From Bdellovibrionales bacterium (GTDB lineage: Bacteria; Bdellovibrionota; Bdellovibrionia; Bdellovibrionales; UBA1609), in contig CBDHDF010000011.1 in the NCBI GenBank assembly GCA_965261545.1, positions 672,001 through 736,000 of the forward strand: DNA of 64,000 nt. The letters are read 5' to 3'. Every line of letters begins with the position of its first letter. The stretch's first letter is position 1. Below the pieces are notes generated by a model. The model did no database searches. It was not told where the DNA came from and was given only the letters and a program-made list of their open reading frames with translations. The position numbers and the translations under genes are program-made. Of the stretch, positions 21,488 to 32,691 are shown piece after piece.

Positions 21488-22774
21488 TAAAAATGTCGTT
21501 AGGATGGAGGCCCTGTGGAGCTTCCCTAGGGCGGAAGATAGGGAAGAGTCAATGGCAAGAATTCTTTTTACTAAATAGAAACTCCATCCTAGAACAACTG
21601 CAAGAACAGTCCATACCCATAAAATCGACCACCCCAATCCCAAGGCCTGCTCCGCCCCTAAAGTCATGCTCCCTCCCAAAATCTCCAGGGAGTTGCGTCC
21701 CGGCAAAAATGATTCCAATGAACGAAGTAAATCCAGTGATCCCAAGGAACCAAGGGAATCAAATTTTATGATTCCTTTCTCTATGAAGAAATAAAAATGT
21801 AAAATCAAGCAAAAAAGAGCATTAGCAAATATCTGAAAGCTCAACCACCACTTTCCACGATCAAACCCCAAACGCCTCATCAAGGTTCTCACACCAGCTT
21901 GCTCATCAAGCATTAAATGTTGAAAATGCTTAAAACTTAAGGCCGTAGCTGCCACCCCTCCCCAGAAAAAACCAAACAGGAGGTGCTGAAAATGAAAACT
22001 TCCTGTGGTGGCAAAGGCGAACCCTATCACAGAGAATGGGCCCAAACACAGGTAGATCACAAGCTCTCCTACTCCCAAAGCCTTAAAGCCTCGCCCTTTG
22101 AGGGAGTAACCCACCAAGCCTATAATGGAAAACAGGGAAACAATCACCAGTGTGAATGGGCGAAACCATAAAATAGGAAGACCAGCACCCATACCAAGAA
22201 GCAGCCACACCTTGGCATATTGGTGAATTTGCTTCGCACTCATCCACCCCTTTTTCAAAACAGGGTTGATACGGTATCTTCCTACTCCATCCGTCCCAGT
22301 GATATAATCAGAAGAATCATTGAATAAAAACACAGCCAAGTAAAAACATAATAAACTCCATAGAGACAAAGCCATGGAGAGGCCATGAACCTCCCCTTTT
22401 CTAAAACCCAAGTAAACAAATAAAATGGGGATGCAGGTCAAGGGAAGCCAGCCCCAGCGAAGGGATTTGAACAAAATCACGAACCAAGAAGGACGAGATA
22501 TAGAGGCTATATCCACAACCCTAAATGTGATATGGGAAAGGTAGCCATTTAAACTTGGAATAGGAATCGCCCTTTGTGTTGTGGAAAAAGTGCCTTGAAG
22601 ATAATTTTTGAGCTGGGGGTCCCCCAAGGAAAAAGTGATGTATTTGGAAACATCCACTTTTTTTGGGGGAAGAAGCATGATACTTTTTTTTTCAAGCATA
22701 ACACTTTCTTTTTCAGGTACGACACTTTCTTGGTTCACAGCCACATGGTTTTCCTTCATATTGTTAGACGACAA
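21452..22774 (-). CDS. menA: UbiA-family prenyltransferase, MenA-like (1,4-dihydroxy-2-naphthoate octaprenyltransferase)
   Basis: NDSSDYITGTD (NDxxDxxxGxD), KALGVGEL, DEQAGVRTL; many TM helices; N-terminal extension; start uncertain. Confidence 0.8.
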   Translation of the reverse strand: MSSNNMKENHVAVNQESVVPEKESVMLEKKSIMLLPPKKVDVSKYITFSLGDPQLKNYLQGTFSTTQRAIPIPSLNGYLSHITFRVVDIASISRPSWFVILFKSLRWGWLPLTCIPILFVYLGFRKGEVHGLSMALSLWSLLCFYLAVFLFNDSSDYITGTDGVGRYRINPVLKKGWMSAKQIHQYAKVWLLLGMGAGLPILWFRPFTLVIVSLFSIIGLVGYSLKGRGFKALGVGELVIYLCLGPFSVIGFAFATTGSFHFQHLLFGFFWGGVAATALSFKHFQHLMLDEQAGVRTLMRRLGFDRGKWWLSFQIFANALFCLILHFYFFIEKGIIKFDSLGSLGSLDLLRSLESFLPGRNSLEILGGSMTLGAEQALGLGWSILWVWTVLAVVLGWSFYLVKRILAIDSSLSSALGKLHRASILTTFLYGALVICMVLW

Positions 22775-23313
22775 TTAAAATTGGCCATTTTTATAAGCCG
22801 TCGCCAATGAAAAACGGCCAGTTGATGATGTACTGATTTAGTTATTCTTCGTTCAGAGTTTAGTCAAGTGTCTTTATTTTGTTCATCATTTAACTCGGAC
22901 TATGCTACAAGATTCTGAGGAATGATTTTCTGCCCACCACTTTTGGCATGACCCCAAATGCATCCTTCAGACCTATGGCAGAGTAAATGGAGTATTTTTT
23001 TTCAGGATTCCTTGGAGCAGTTAATGTCTAAAGCTCCGCGAGAGTGACGAGCAAATAGTACGGTAGAAGCCAGTTATCCACAAATTTATCCATGGTGACG
23101 CTGCGTCTGTGACCCCGATGTCTATCAACGCAGCGCTGCCGGTGTGCCCAGCACAATATAGGAGGTAACGACTATAGAAAGCTGACATGATGATGGTGGT
23201 AGGTCCACCGTTCTCGATTTACAGGAATTGGGAACAAACAACCCTAAGCTGCGCAGGGGGCAAGACCTGGGTGGTGAGCGTTAGGGAAAAGGCCAGAATA
23301 ACTGGTCATGTGT

Positions 23314-23998
23314 CAATGCCGTTTCCTTAAGAAAAATCTCTTAAAATCATTAGATAAATCGACAAGAATAAGACTTGTTTTATTTTACACCCAACCCTCA
23401 ACCAAGGAGTAAGTCACATGCAATCCAATATTGATCTCGAAAGCCCCCAAATGACGAGTTCGCGTCACAGATGACCATTTTATTCTACCAAAACTTGATT
23501 CTTCCTTCTAAAGATTTTTTAAAGGAGGGTTATTGTGGGTACCCTTGCCCAAATGAGATGGAAACTCATTTCTTACGTATGTATCTATCTCATGCTTATG
23601 ACGTTTTATCGGGTGTGACATGGAGTAGTGGCACTCAACAAGCCTTAATGGAATATTGCAAGAGCTGTATTCTTATTTTTGGCTCTTCAATTATACAAAG
23701 ATTCAAATGAGCATAAATGAGGATGAAGACAGTGTGAATCAGTTGGTAAAAAATGACTACAAAAAACCTAACTTTAAACTGATTCTTGATTTCATAATGG
23801 ATAGCATCCCTCTTTTTGTTGCGGGGCTCTATCAGAAATTTAGGAAGCAGATAAAGTTGCTGATGAAGATTTCAATGGAGAAGAGGAGGCACTTCAAAAG
23901 AAGCTATGAAAGGTCTATCAAAAGGGCTGGGAGTTCTTTTAAAAGAAATAGCTTAACGCAGAGGCAGAGGGGTGTGGTGGCTTAAGGAAACGGCATTG
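23314..23998 (+). mobile_element. IS4-family element type A, internally deleted (685 bp versus 1417 bp)
   Basis: Terminal IRs CAATGCCGTTTCCTTAAG / CTTAAGGAAACGGCATTG; two internal deletions relative to the copy at 44664-46080. Confidence 0.92.
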
Positions 23999-24235
23999 AC
24001 CACAGACTCATCCATGGCGACGCTGCGGCTTGGCCCTCGGGAGCCACAATAAAGCAGCGCTGCTGTGGGTGAGTCTTGTGGATAACGGCGGGCTCTCCAC
24101 ACAAGTGGTTTGGTAGCCCTGTCCTCCGTGTTTTTATGTACAAATCTTAGAAATAACCTGTACATCCAGTTTTTAGCTATTTCCCTAGGGAATTTGGACT
24201 TTAAGCTCCGAGAAACTCGGATATAGCCGTTTTGT

Positions 24236-24610
24236 TTACCACCACCATTTTGATAGAATACTATTCCATTTAGGCGGTGCTTTATCCTCATTGTTCTCTT
24301 TGAGTTTACGTAAAACCTTGAAGTAGTTTGAGTTGATCACAATAACATTTAATATTAGGAGACCCATTGCAAATTTGAAAAATTGGTCCACCCATAACAA
24401 GTCAGGATATTTGGCCTTGAAAGTGAAGCTCAAAATGACAATCGCAATGGTAATAAAACTACATATCTTCATCCAAGGCTTTTGCATTTTAAATATCTTA
24501 CGCCGAACATATTTTATGTTTCTGTAGCGTTCTCGCCCATCTTTAGTAAAATAATGATACCAAATTGAAACAGCAGTAATGATAACAGCAATGAGACATA
24601 GTGGACCCAT
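24236..24610 (-). CDS. Hypothetical small membrane protein
   Basis: 124 aa, three hydrophobic segments, GGGAGG RBS, AT-rich. Confidence 0.6.
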   Translation of the reverse strand: MGPLCLIAVIITAVSIWYHYFTKDGRERYRNIKYVRRKIFKMQKPWMKICSFITIAIVILSFTFKAKYPDLLWVDQFFKFAMGLLILNVIVINSNYFKVLRKLKENNEDKAPPKWNSILSKWWW

Positions 24611-26980
24611 TTAAAACCTCCCTAAACACTACAGAAAATGAATTTATAAAATAAAAATTTGATGAATCAGACCTCAGCGCAGCACTGCGTTCCATTTTGG
24701 TCAAGGAGGAAGATTGTGAAGGCTCCCCAATGAACTTATCGGATTCCCAAACCAAAAATTAAATCCTACCGACCAATCTCAGTGGACCTCTATGATGATT
24801 TTCTTTTTCATTTCTGGGAAAAATCTTAGTTAGTTCCTGTCCAGGGAAGAAAGTTAAGTAGTTTTAAGTATTTACATGCCTTCCCTTTAGATTTTATGCT
24901 TTAAAATGGAGTCCATCAAACATAATCCGTGTAAATTCAGTTACTTACATAAAACGGAAAAATAAAATAAGTTCCCCCCCCCTCTCTTGACGAACCTTTC
25001 ACAGCCCCTCCCTTTCAGTGACTTATGTGGCTATCAACTGGTTACTTGATATGAGAGGAAGAGTTGGATCAACCTGTGTTTCCACCGTGGTGATTTCAAA
25101 CCTCCTTCAGGGAAATAACATTACGTTGCGCATCAACTTCAAAAAATACTTGACGTGTTTTTTCAGAGAAATAATTTTTGATATTTTATTCTTCATTTAT
25201 TTTTTATGTAGGTTTTAGGAGGCGTGGGAACCTCTCTATGAGGTAGAATTCTTATCCATGTTCTCCGAGAACCTCTCTGATTTTTTTCTTCTTAAAAGAC
25301 ATCCTTGCTCACTTTTTTCCCTCAAAAAAACGTATGTTAATATAAAAATTAAAGAGAAACTTTCACCAAAGGGGGTACTATGCGCCATTTGAAGAAGACA
25401 CAGTTGGGACTCTTTTCCCAATATCCTAACCACCAACTCAGTACAGAATTGCAGCAAATTAATAACATCATTGATCGCCATCCAGAGTTTGCCCATATGG
25501 TTCATGAAGACCTTGTTAAAGAAAAGAAAGATTCTGGTGATATTGGTATGACATCGGAGCAAGTTCTCAAGGTGGCTATTCTTAAATCCATAAGAGGTCT
25601 TTCCTATCGTGCGTTAGCCTTTAATCTTGTCGATTCAGTATCCACCAGAGCTTTTCTGGGCCTTGAATTGGAAGAAAATTACGCTCACTCCACCTTACAG
25701 GACTTGATTGTTCAAATAAGTGAAGAAACTTGGGGAATTATTAGCGCCTCTTTAGTTTCAGATGCAAGAGATCAAAAGATTGAGCCGTGTAAGAAAATGA
25801 GATTGGACAGTACAGTGACGAAATCAAATATTCATCATCCAACGGATGCATCGCTTTTATATGACTGCATAAGAGTTACAGAAAGAGAATTTAAAAAAGT
25901 TCGTAAAAATGTCATGAAAGATTTTTGGCGACTTATTTCAAGAGAAGATCTTAAGAGAGCAAAAACCTTTCTTTACAAAATTAATAATTCCAAAAATGAT
26001 GCGGAAAGACTACCTTGCTATAAGGAGCTTTTAAAAATCGCTACCAAATTGAACAAAGGATTACCTGATACCATCAGAAAGATAAAAAAAGAACAAAAAT
26101 GTGTGAAGATGAATGCTTTGAAAAAGAGTCTAAAACAGTTAGAAAATGTTGCCTTCTACCTGGAAAAAATCATCTTTCAAACTCAAAAAAGAGTTATTGA
26201 GGGGAAAAAAGTATCTTCTGAAAAAAAGGTCCTATCCATCTTTGAACCGCATACAGACATTATTGTAAAGGGGCAAAGAGAAGTCGAGTTTATAGTGGAC
26301 CCCAAAAACAGACTGGTTGCTAAGTTACACCGCAGCGGGTAAAAAGCCCCTCATAGGAGGGGATAATGAGAAAGAAACACAGCGCACAATTTAAGGCCAG
26401 AGTCGCACTTGACGCCATTCGTGAGACTGACACAATGGCAGAGTTGGCCTCCAAGCATGGAGTTCACCGCATCCAAATCCAAGATTGGAAGAAGCAAGCT
26501 ATTGAAGCCATTCCTAAGGCCTTAGCGAGCAAAAAAAAGGACAACAACGAGGTAGAAGAACAAAGAAAAACCATTGATGAATTGTATCGGCAAATAGGGC
26601 AGTTAAAGGTTGAAAATGATTGGTTAAAAAAAAATCTGAGAGCTTCAATGCCTGAGAAAAAAGCCGCTATCAATTGGAAACATCCAAATATTTGTGTCAC
26701 TCGCCAATGTGAGTTGCTAGGACTCTCTAAGGGAGCCTTGTACTACAAGCCCATACCTGAGAGTGCCTACAACTTAAAACTGATGAGTTTAATTGACAAA
26801 CAGTACTTGGAGACCCCTTTTTATGGGAGCCGTAAAATGGCAGCTCACTTAAGACTTAATGGCCATGGGGTCAACCGCAAGAGGATTCAGCGGCTCATGG
26901 AAAAGATGTGTCTTTTCGCTATCTTCCCAGGTCCAAACACCAGTCAGCGAAACCATCAGCATAAGGTTTATCCCTACCTA

Positions 26981-29126
26981 GTTTCTGTCCAGAAAGGCCC
27001 ATTTTTTGTTCTCTGACACTCCCCATTGAGCCTCCCAATGCCTCAATGGGGGAGTGAGAGTTGGAGATTTGCCACACAAACTCTACAGATTAAGGGGAAA
27101 AAGGTCTTTAAGCGACTTGCGCCCTAGTTTTTTCGATTTGAAGACGCACCCCTACCTTTGGAAGATTTTAGCACCTTCGACCTGGTCCATTGCTGTTATT
27201 CCTAATGGATAAATTTAGGTGACAGTTGATAATTCATGTCTTGCCAAGACAACAAAATTATAGGCACAAACGGCATTCTTTACATACCTCTTAAAACCAT
27301 CATGCCCTTTCCAGTAAGCAACTCTCATACCAAAACATCTCTTAAGGAATGAAATAACAGCCTCTATTCCGGCTCTCCAATTGAGAAGATTTTTAAAGAC
27401 CCAAGCACTTTTAACCATCTTTAATATTTTCATTCCTTTTTTTTCTGGGAAGCAAACATCTTTAGCCCCCATCTCTTTGGCCTCTTCAAGATTTTCTTTT
27501 GAAGCAAACCCACCATCTGCACTTACTTTTACAGGGCAAGCCCCATAGGTTTGTGTCACTGAATTCATAACTTTTAAAAACATATCAGAGTCTGCGGGGT
27601 TGCCATCAGGGATCTGACAATCTAAAATCATGTTGCTTTGCCCTGAGGTCAGAAAGATTTTATGCCCAAACTCGACTTCTCTTTGCCCCTTTACAATAAT
27701 GTCTGTATGCGGTTCAAAGATGGATAGGACCTTTTTTTCAGAAGATACTTTTTTCCCCTCAATAACTCTTTTTTGAGTTTGAAAGATGATTTTTTCCAGG
27801 TAGAAGGCAACATTTTCTAACTGTTTTAGACTCTTTTTCAAAGCATTCATCTTCACACATTTTTGTTCTTTTTTTATCTTTCTGATGGTATCAGGTAATC
27901 CTTTGTTCAATTTGGTAGCGATTTTTAAAAGCTCCTTATAGCAAGGTAGTCTTTCCGCATCATTTTTGGAATTATTAATTTTGTAAAGCAAGGTTTTTGC
28001 TCTCTTAAGATCTTCTCTTGAAATAAGTCGCCAAAAATCTTTCATGACATTTTTACGAACTTTTTTAAATTCTCTTTCTGTAACTCTTATGCAGTCATAT
28101 AAAAGCGATGCATCCGTTGGATGATGAATATTTGATTTCGTCACTGTACTGTCCAATCTCATTTTCTTACACGGCTCAATCTTTTGATCTCTTGCATCTG
28201 AAACTAAAGAGGCGCTAATAATTCCCCAAGTTTCTTCACTTATTTGAACAATCAAGTCCTGTAAGGTGGAGTGAGCGTAATTTTCTTCCAATTCAAGGCC
28301 CAGAAAAGCTCTGGTGGATACTGAATCGACAAGATTAAAGGCTAACGCACGATAGGAAAGACCTCTTATGGATTTAAGAATAGCCACCTTGAGAACTTGC
28401 TCCGATGTCATACCAATATCACCAGAATCTTTCTTTTCTTTAACAAGGTCTTCATGAACCATATGGGCAAACTCTGGATGGCGATCAATGATGTTATTAA
28501 TTTGCTGCAATTCTGTACTGAGTTGGTGGTTAGGATATTGGGAAAAGAGTCCCAACTGTGTCTTCTTCAAATGGCGCATAGTACCCCCTTTGGTGAAAGT
28601 TTCTCTTTAATTTTTATATTAACATACGTTTTTTTGAGGGAAAAAAGTGAGCAAGGATGTCTTTTAAGAAGAAAAAAATCAGAGAGGTTCTCGGAGAACA
28701 TGGATAAGAATTCTACCTCATAGAGAGGTTCCCACGCCTCCTAAAACCTACATAAAAAATAAATGAAGAATAAAATATCAAAAATTATTTCTCTGAAAAA
28801 ACACGTCAAGTATTTTTTGAAGTTGATGCGCAACGTAATGTTATTTCCCTGAAGGAGGTTTGAAATCACCACGGTGGAAACACAGGTTGATCCAACTCTT
28901 CCTCTCATATCAAGTAACCAGTTGATAGCCACATAAGTCACTGAAAGGGAGGGGCTGTGAAAGGTTCGTCAAGAGAGGGGGGGGGAACTTATTTTATTTT
29001 TCCGTTTTATGTAAGTAACTGAATTTACACGGATTATGTTTGATGGACTCCATTTTAAAGCATAAAATCTAAAGGGAAGGCATGTAAATACTTAAAACTA
29101 CTTAACTTTCTTCCCTGGACAGGAAC
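26981..29126 (-). mobile_element. ISNCY (ISDol1-like) element, intact inner copy (2146 bp)
   Basis: 10-bp imperfect IRs; 6-bp TSD TACCTA (26975-26980 and 29127-29132). Confidence 0.93.
27215..28579 (-). CDS. ISNCY/IS5-like DDE transposase
   Basis: RLDSTV..NIHHPTDASLL, SIFEPHT, ADGGF, WRAGIEAVISFLKR. Confidence 0.9.
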   Translation of the reverse strand: MRHLKKTQLGLFSQYPNHQLSTELQQINNIIDRHPEFAHMVHEDLVKEKKDSGDIGMTSEQVLKVAILKSIRGLSYRALAFNLVDSVSTRAFLGLELEENYAHSTLQDLIVQISEETWGIISASLVSDARDQKIEPCKKMRLDSTVTKSNIHHPTDASLLYDCIRVTEREFKKVRKNVMKDFWRLISREDLKRAKTLLYKINNSKNDAERLPCYKELLKIATKLNKGLPDTIRKIKKEQKCVKMNALKKSLKQLENVAFYLEKIIFQTQKRVIEGKKVSSEKKVLSIFEPHTDIIVKGQREVEFGHKIFLTSGQSNMILDCQIPDGNPADSDMFLKVMNSVTQTYGACPVKVSADGGFASKENLEEAKEMGAKDVCFPEKKGMKILKMVKSAWVFKNLLNWRAGIEAVISFLKRCFGMRVAYWKGHDGFKRYVKNAVCAYNFVVLARHELSTVT

Positions 29127-30412
29127 TACCTACTTAAGGGGCTTAATATCTGCTCCCCCAACCAAGTGTGGGCTACTGATATTACTTTTATAAGGTTGTC
29201 TGGTGGCTTTGCTTACTTGGTAGCTGTGATAGATTGGTTTAGCCGATTTGTTCTGTCTTGGAGACTTTCTAATAGCCTTGAGACAACTTTTTGTTTAGAA
29301 GTCTTTGAGGAAGCCATAGAAACATTTGGTTGCCCTGATATCGTCAATACTGATCAAGGGTGCCAATTCACTTCTGAGGTTTTCACAAAATTATTGAAAA
29401 ATCATGGAATCTCGATCAGTATGGACGGCAAAGGCAGGTGTTTAGACAACATCATGATCGAGCGGCTTTGGCGGTCTGTTAAGTACGAAGAGGTTTACTT
29501 GAAAGGCTATCAAGACAAATCAATGGTTCAAGCCAACAAAGGTTTTAAAACGTATTTTAATTTTTATAATAATAAAAGGCCACACCAGTCTCTTCAGGAT
29601 TGCACCCCTTATCAGGTGCATATGGGAGAGGTGGATTTAACACATTAACACGGGGCTTCTTTGTGCGCTGTGGTGTAGCTTAAAAATCAAGTTTTTCAGT
29701 CTGACATTGGGGTCCACCTCAGTTTGGGCATAAAATCTTTTTGACCTCAGGGCAAAGCAACATGATTTTAGATTGTCAGATCCCTGATGGCAACCCCGCA
29801 GACTCTGATATGTTTTTAAAAGTTATGAATTCAGTGACACAAACCTATGGGGCTTGCCCTGTAAAAGTAAGTGCAGATGGTGGGTTTGCTTCAAAAGAAA
29901 ATCTTGAAGAGGCCAAAGAGATGGGGGCTAAAGATGTTTGCTTCCCAGAAAAAAAAGGAATGAAAATATTAAAGATGGTTAAAAGTGCTTGGGTCTTTAA
30001 AAATCTTCTCAATTGGAGAGCCGGAATAGAGGCTGTTATTTCATTCCTTAAGAGATGTTTTGGTATGAGAGTTGCTTACTGGAAAGGGCATGATGGTTTT
30101 AAGAGGTATGTAAAGAATGCCGTTTGTGCCTATAATTTTGTTGTCTTGGCAAGACATGAATTATCAACTGTCACCTAAATTTATCCATTAGGAATAACAG
30201 CAATGGACCAGGTCGAAGGTGCTAAAATCTTCCAAAGGTAGGGGTGCGTCTTCAAATCGAAAAAACTAGGGCGCAAGTCGCTTAAAGACCTTTTTCCCCT
30301 TAATCTGTAGAGTTTGTGTGGCAAATCTCCAACTCTCACTCCCCCATTGAGGCATTGGGAGGCTCAATGGGGAGTGTCAGAGAACAAAAAATGGGCCTTT
30401 CTGGACAGAAAC

Positions 30413-30538
30413 TAACTAAAAGAGGCCAATTATATAGACCAGCGAAGCTGTCCACCGAGTTGCTTCGTGCAAAGAAGTGGGGGTCTAGATAAGATTCATG
30501 GGCGTGGGTGGGGAAGCAAGGCGCCCCCATGAATGTTA
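30413..30538 (-). repeat. Hairpin cassette plus IS110 left-end fragment (copy of 53958-54083)
   Basis: Reverse complement is nearly identical to taacattcatgggggcgcc...gcctcttttagtta at 53958-54083. Confidence 0.88.
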
Positions 30539-30839
30539 AGAAGATGAACCTAAAAAGCCCAGCCATAGGCATTGGTCATGTTAAAGAGCGACCTTTAACT
30601 GTTGTAGAGGCCATGAGGGAACTCAAGGAAGTTAGGGCTATCCCTGTTAAAATTCGTGATCAAGTCATTTGGACCCGCACAGATATCACTGGCAATGCCA
30701 ACTCCTTATTTAAAGCCGCAGGCGTCCCCATCCCTCCCAGAATCCTTAATGCCCACAAGTGTGGATAAACAAAATACAACTATATGCGTTAATCCTTTAA
30801 TATCATTCGTTTGACGCAGATGCTGCTGTCAAACTCGGG
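30537..30839 (+). mobile_element. IS1634 3'-end fragment with terminal IR
   Basis: Inverted match to about 33008-33310; encodes KKMNLKSP...NAHKCG; ends TGTCAAACTCGGG. Confidence 0.88.
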
Positions 30840-31102
30840 AGGAGCATTTTCCAACCGGTCTTGAATTAAGAGTGTCCAAATAGACGAATCATAGGAATAT
30901 GTTGTTTTAGAGATGTAAATAAAAAGCCATTAACCATGAAGAAGAAGTGCTAGAAAGAACTTGGTGAGAGATTTCGGAAGGACGGGTGACCGTATGCAGC
31001 AAAAGATGGTAATTTTTTGCAACATGGATAGGTATATTTTCTTGACATACTTTTTCATAGACGAATGGCATTGATGTATGGTGTACTTATGAGAACTAGG
31101 AT

Positions 31103-31882
31103 TCATTTCTTGAGGTCCTTTTTTTTCAAATTTTTCAAAAGCAGTCCACCTAGAAAAATAGTGGTGATAAGAATAAAGGCAGCTATCACCAAAGGGGGGA
31201 ACCTAGAGCTTTGAGTAGGCGTTTGTGATCCTTGGGTCTGGGGGGGGGATCTCTGGGCTGAGAGCTGAGGCGAGGAGGGCTGTGATGGCTCTTTTGTATA
31301 TGACGGAGATGAATGGGGCGGGTTTATGGTGCCTAGTTTTTTAAGGCGAGTGTTGAGAATCACACTTGTAAAATATGGTTTCATCACTTCAAAAATGTCT
31401 TTATGGGCCGAAAGCTGTAGAAGAATGGAGACGCCTCCGTTGACGGTCACCATATATTGAGTGTAGTAATTGGGAACCTCACTTTGAAAGTGAAGGGCTT
31501 CCACCCAAGTCACTCGATTGACACTCACCTTTTTTACATAAATAACCTTGGAGACCAGAGAGCGCCCCGATTTAGAGGTTATATACTTTGAGCTTTTAAA
31601 GTGACCTAAGAAGTTTTCAATGTTTTCTTCAGGCAGAGATTGCTTGGCTAAAAAACTCGCCACCAAACGAGTGTCATAGCCCTTGAGAGTGCTTTGACAA
31701 ATCCACTGCTGGTCTGCCAATTTGCAAGTCCAGTCATCGGGCACTTTGGTGATGAGGTATGAAGTTTCTAGGGGCTTTGCCTGTAGGGAGAGAGATATGG
31801 CTAGGGGTAGTATCCATAGAGAAAATAAGGAGAAAGAAGAGAAGAAAAGAGAAGAGAAGGGTCTTAGGCGAATCTTTCTCAT
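31103..31882 (-). CDS. Hypothetical exported protein with C-terminal membrane anchor (paralog of the upstream gene)
   Basis: Signal peptide, PDDWTC..QWIC, SEVPNYYTQY, Pro/Ser/Gln linker, TM followed by a basic tail. Confidence 0.75.
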   Translation of the reverse strand: MRKIRLRPFSSLFFSSFSLFSLWILPLAISLSLQAKPLETSYLITKVPDDWTCKLADQQWICQSTLKGYDTRLVASFLAKQSLPEENIENFLGHFKSSKYITSKSGRSLVSKVIYVKKVSVNRVTWVEALHFQSEVPNYYTQYMVTVNGGVSILLQLSAHKDIFEVMKPYFTSVILNTRLKKLGTINPPHSSPSYTKEPSQPSSPQLSAQRSPPQTQGSQTPTQSSRFPPLVIAAFILITTIFLGGLLLKNLKKKDLKK

Positions 31883-32691
31883 GGGTTCCTGCCCTTTTTT
31901 TTCTTAAGAAAAATATAGACTCCTCCAGTCATCAATAGCAGAGCGAGAAAAAGAATCACTTCATTGGATTGTTTTTCTTTTCTCTGGTTGGAGGGGTTGG
32001 GGTTTTCAGTTCCTGGAAGATCCTCTATTTTTTGAATTCTTTGAGGGATATTGATGGGAAACCACTGTTGAGAAGGTCCCGAGTGGGTTGTGGAGTTAGA
32101 AAGTGCGTCATTCCCTCGTCCTGACAGCATAGACTTTGAGGCCACCACTTTGAGACTCTCAATGGCTCGAATAAAGTCTGTGCTGTATTGGGTATAGTAT
32201 TTTTTATGGGCACTCATGGTCACAACAATGGCAAGTTGCTTCTTGGTCGTTGCCAAATAGCGAGTGTAAAAGCCGGAAACTTCACTACCTAAATGCATTC
32301 CATCCACCCAGTCATGTTCCGCAATGACCTTCTTTCGAACATGTAAAACCTGAGAGTGTTGAGAGGTGCCATTGGGAGATGTGATAACCTTAGGGGCGGA
32401 TAAATAGGACTTGTAGGACTGAAGGTTATCCGTGGGCCCCATCTCTTTGGCAGTTAAGACAATAATGGCTTGAACTGATTTTTCTTTAAATTCACTTCGG
32501 CATGTCCACTCGGTGCCTTCAAGTTGACACTTCCAATGATTTGGTAGTTCAAAGCTCAAGTAGGCGTTGCTAAAAAGCTTTGCATTCACGGCCCAAGGAG
32601 CCACGAAAACAATGGAGAAGCAGAGCGAGCGCAAGACGATAAAAAGTAAGTTCAGGAGATTTTTTACCATAGGCCATAAAGTACTATACAT
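31879..32691 (-). CDS. Hypothetical exported protein with C-terminal membrane anchor
   Basis: Signal peptide, SFELPNHWKC..EWTC, SEVSGFYTRY, TM followed by KKKK; ATGA overlap with the downstream paralog. Confidence 0.8.
   Translation of the reverse strand: MYSTLWPMVKNLLNLLFIVLRSLCFSIVFVAPWAVNAKLFSNAYLSFELPNHWKCQLEGTEWTCRSEFKEKSVQAIIVLTAKEMGPTDNLQSYKSYLSAPKVITSPNGTSQHSQVLHVRKKVIAEHDWVDGMHLGSEVSGFYTRYLATTKKQLAIVVTMSAHKKYYTQYSTDFIRAIESLKVVASKSMLSGRGNDALSNSTTHSGPSQQWFPINIPQRIQKIEDLPGTENPNPSNQRKEKQSNEVILFLALLLMTGGVYIFLKKKKGRNP

Larger units (their letters stand above)
26366..29648 (+). pseudogene. IS3 transposase split by ISNCY (26366-26980 plus 29133-29648)
   Basis: [51 protein letters not shown] core. 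Confidence 0.92.
26291..29721 (+). mobile_element. IS3-family element interrupted by ISNCY
   Basis: IRs TATAGTGGACCCC / GGGGTCCACCTCA; 3-bp TSD GTT; matches the copy at 47698-48976. Confidence 0.93.
25380..30178 (+). pseudogene. ISNCY/IS5-like DDE transposase split by IS3 (25380-26290 plus 29725-30178)
   Basis: Both halves match the intact 454-aa ORF at 27215-28579. Confidence 0.9.
24833..30412 (+). mobile_element. ISNCY (ISDol1-like) element, outer copy, interrupted by IS3
   Basis: Ends GTTCCTGTCC...GGACAGAAAC; near-identical to the inner copy 26981-29126. Confidence 0.9.

Noticed and set aside
23074..24085. DnaA-box nonamers as an oriC
   Set aside because: Only isolated boxes inside hairpins or IS ends (also at about 30760); no cluster, unwinding element or dnaA context.
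23953..24291. 112-aa minus-strand ORF
   Set aside because: Runs through a palindrome into the IS4 end, overlaps the upstream gene and has no clear RBS.
25018..25562. Small ORFs in the ISNCY 5' region (also 28397-28941)
   Set aside because: No recognisable motifs; repeated only because the element is duplicated.
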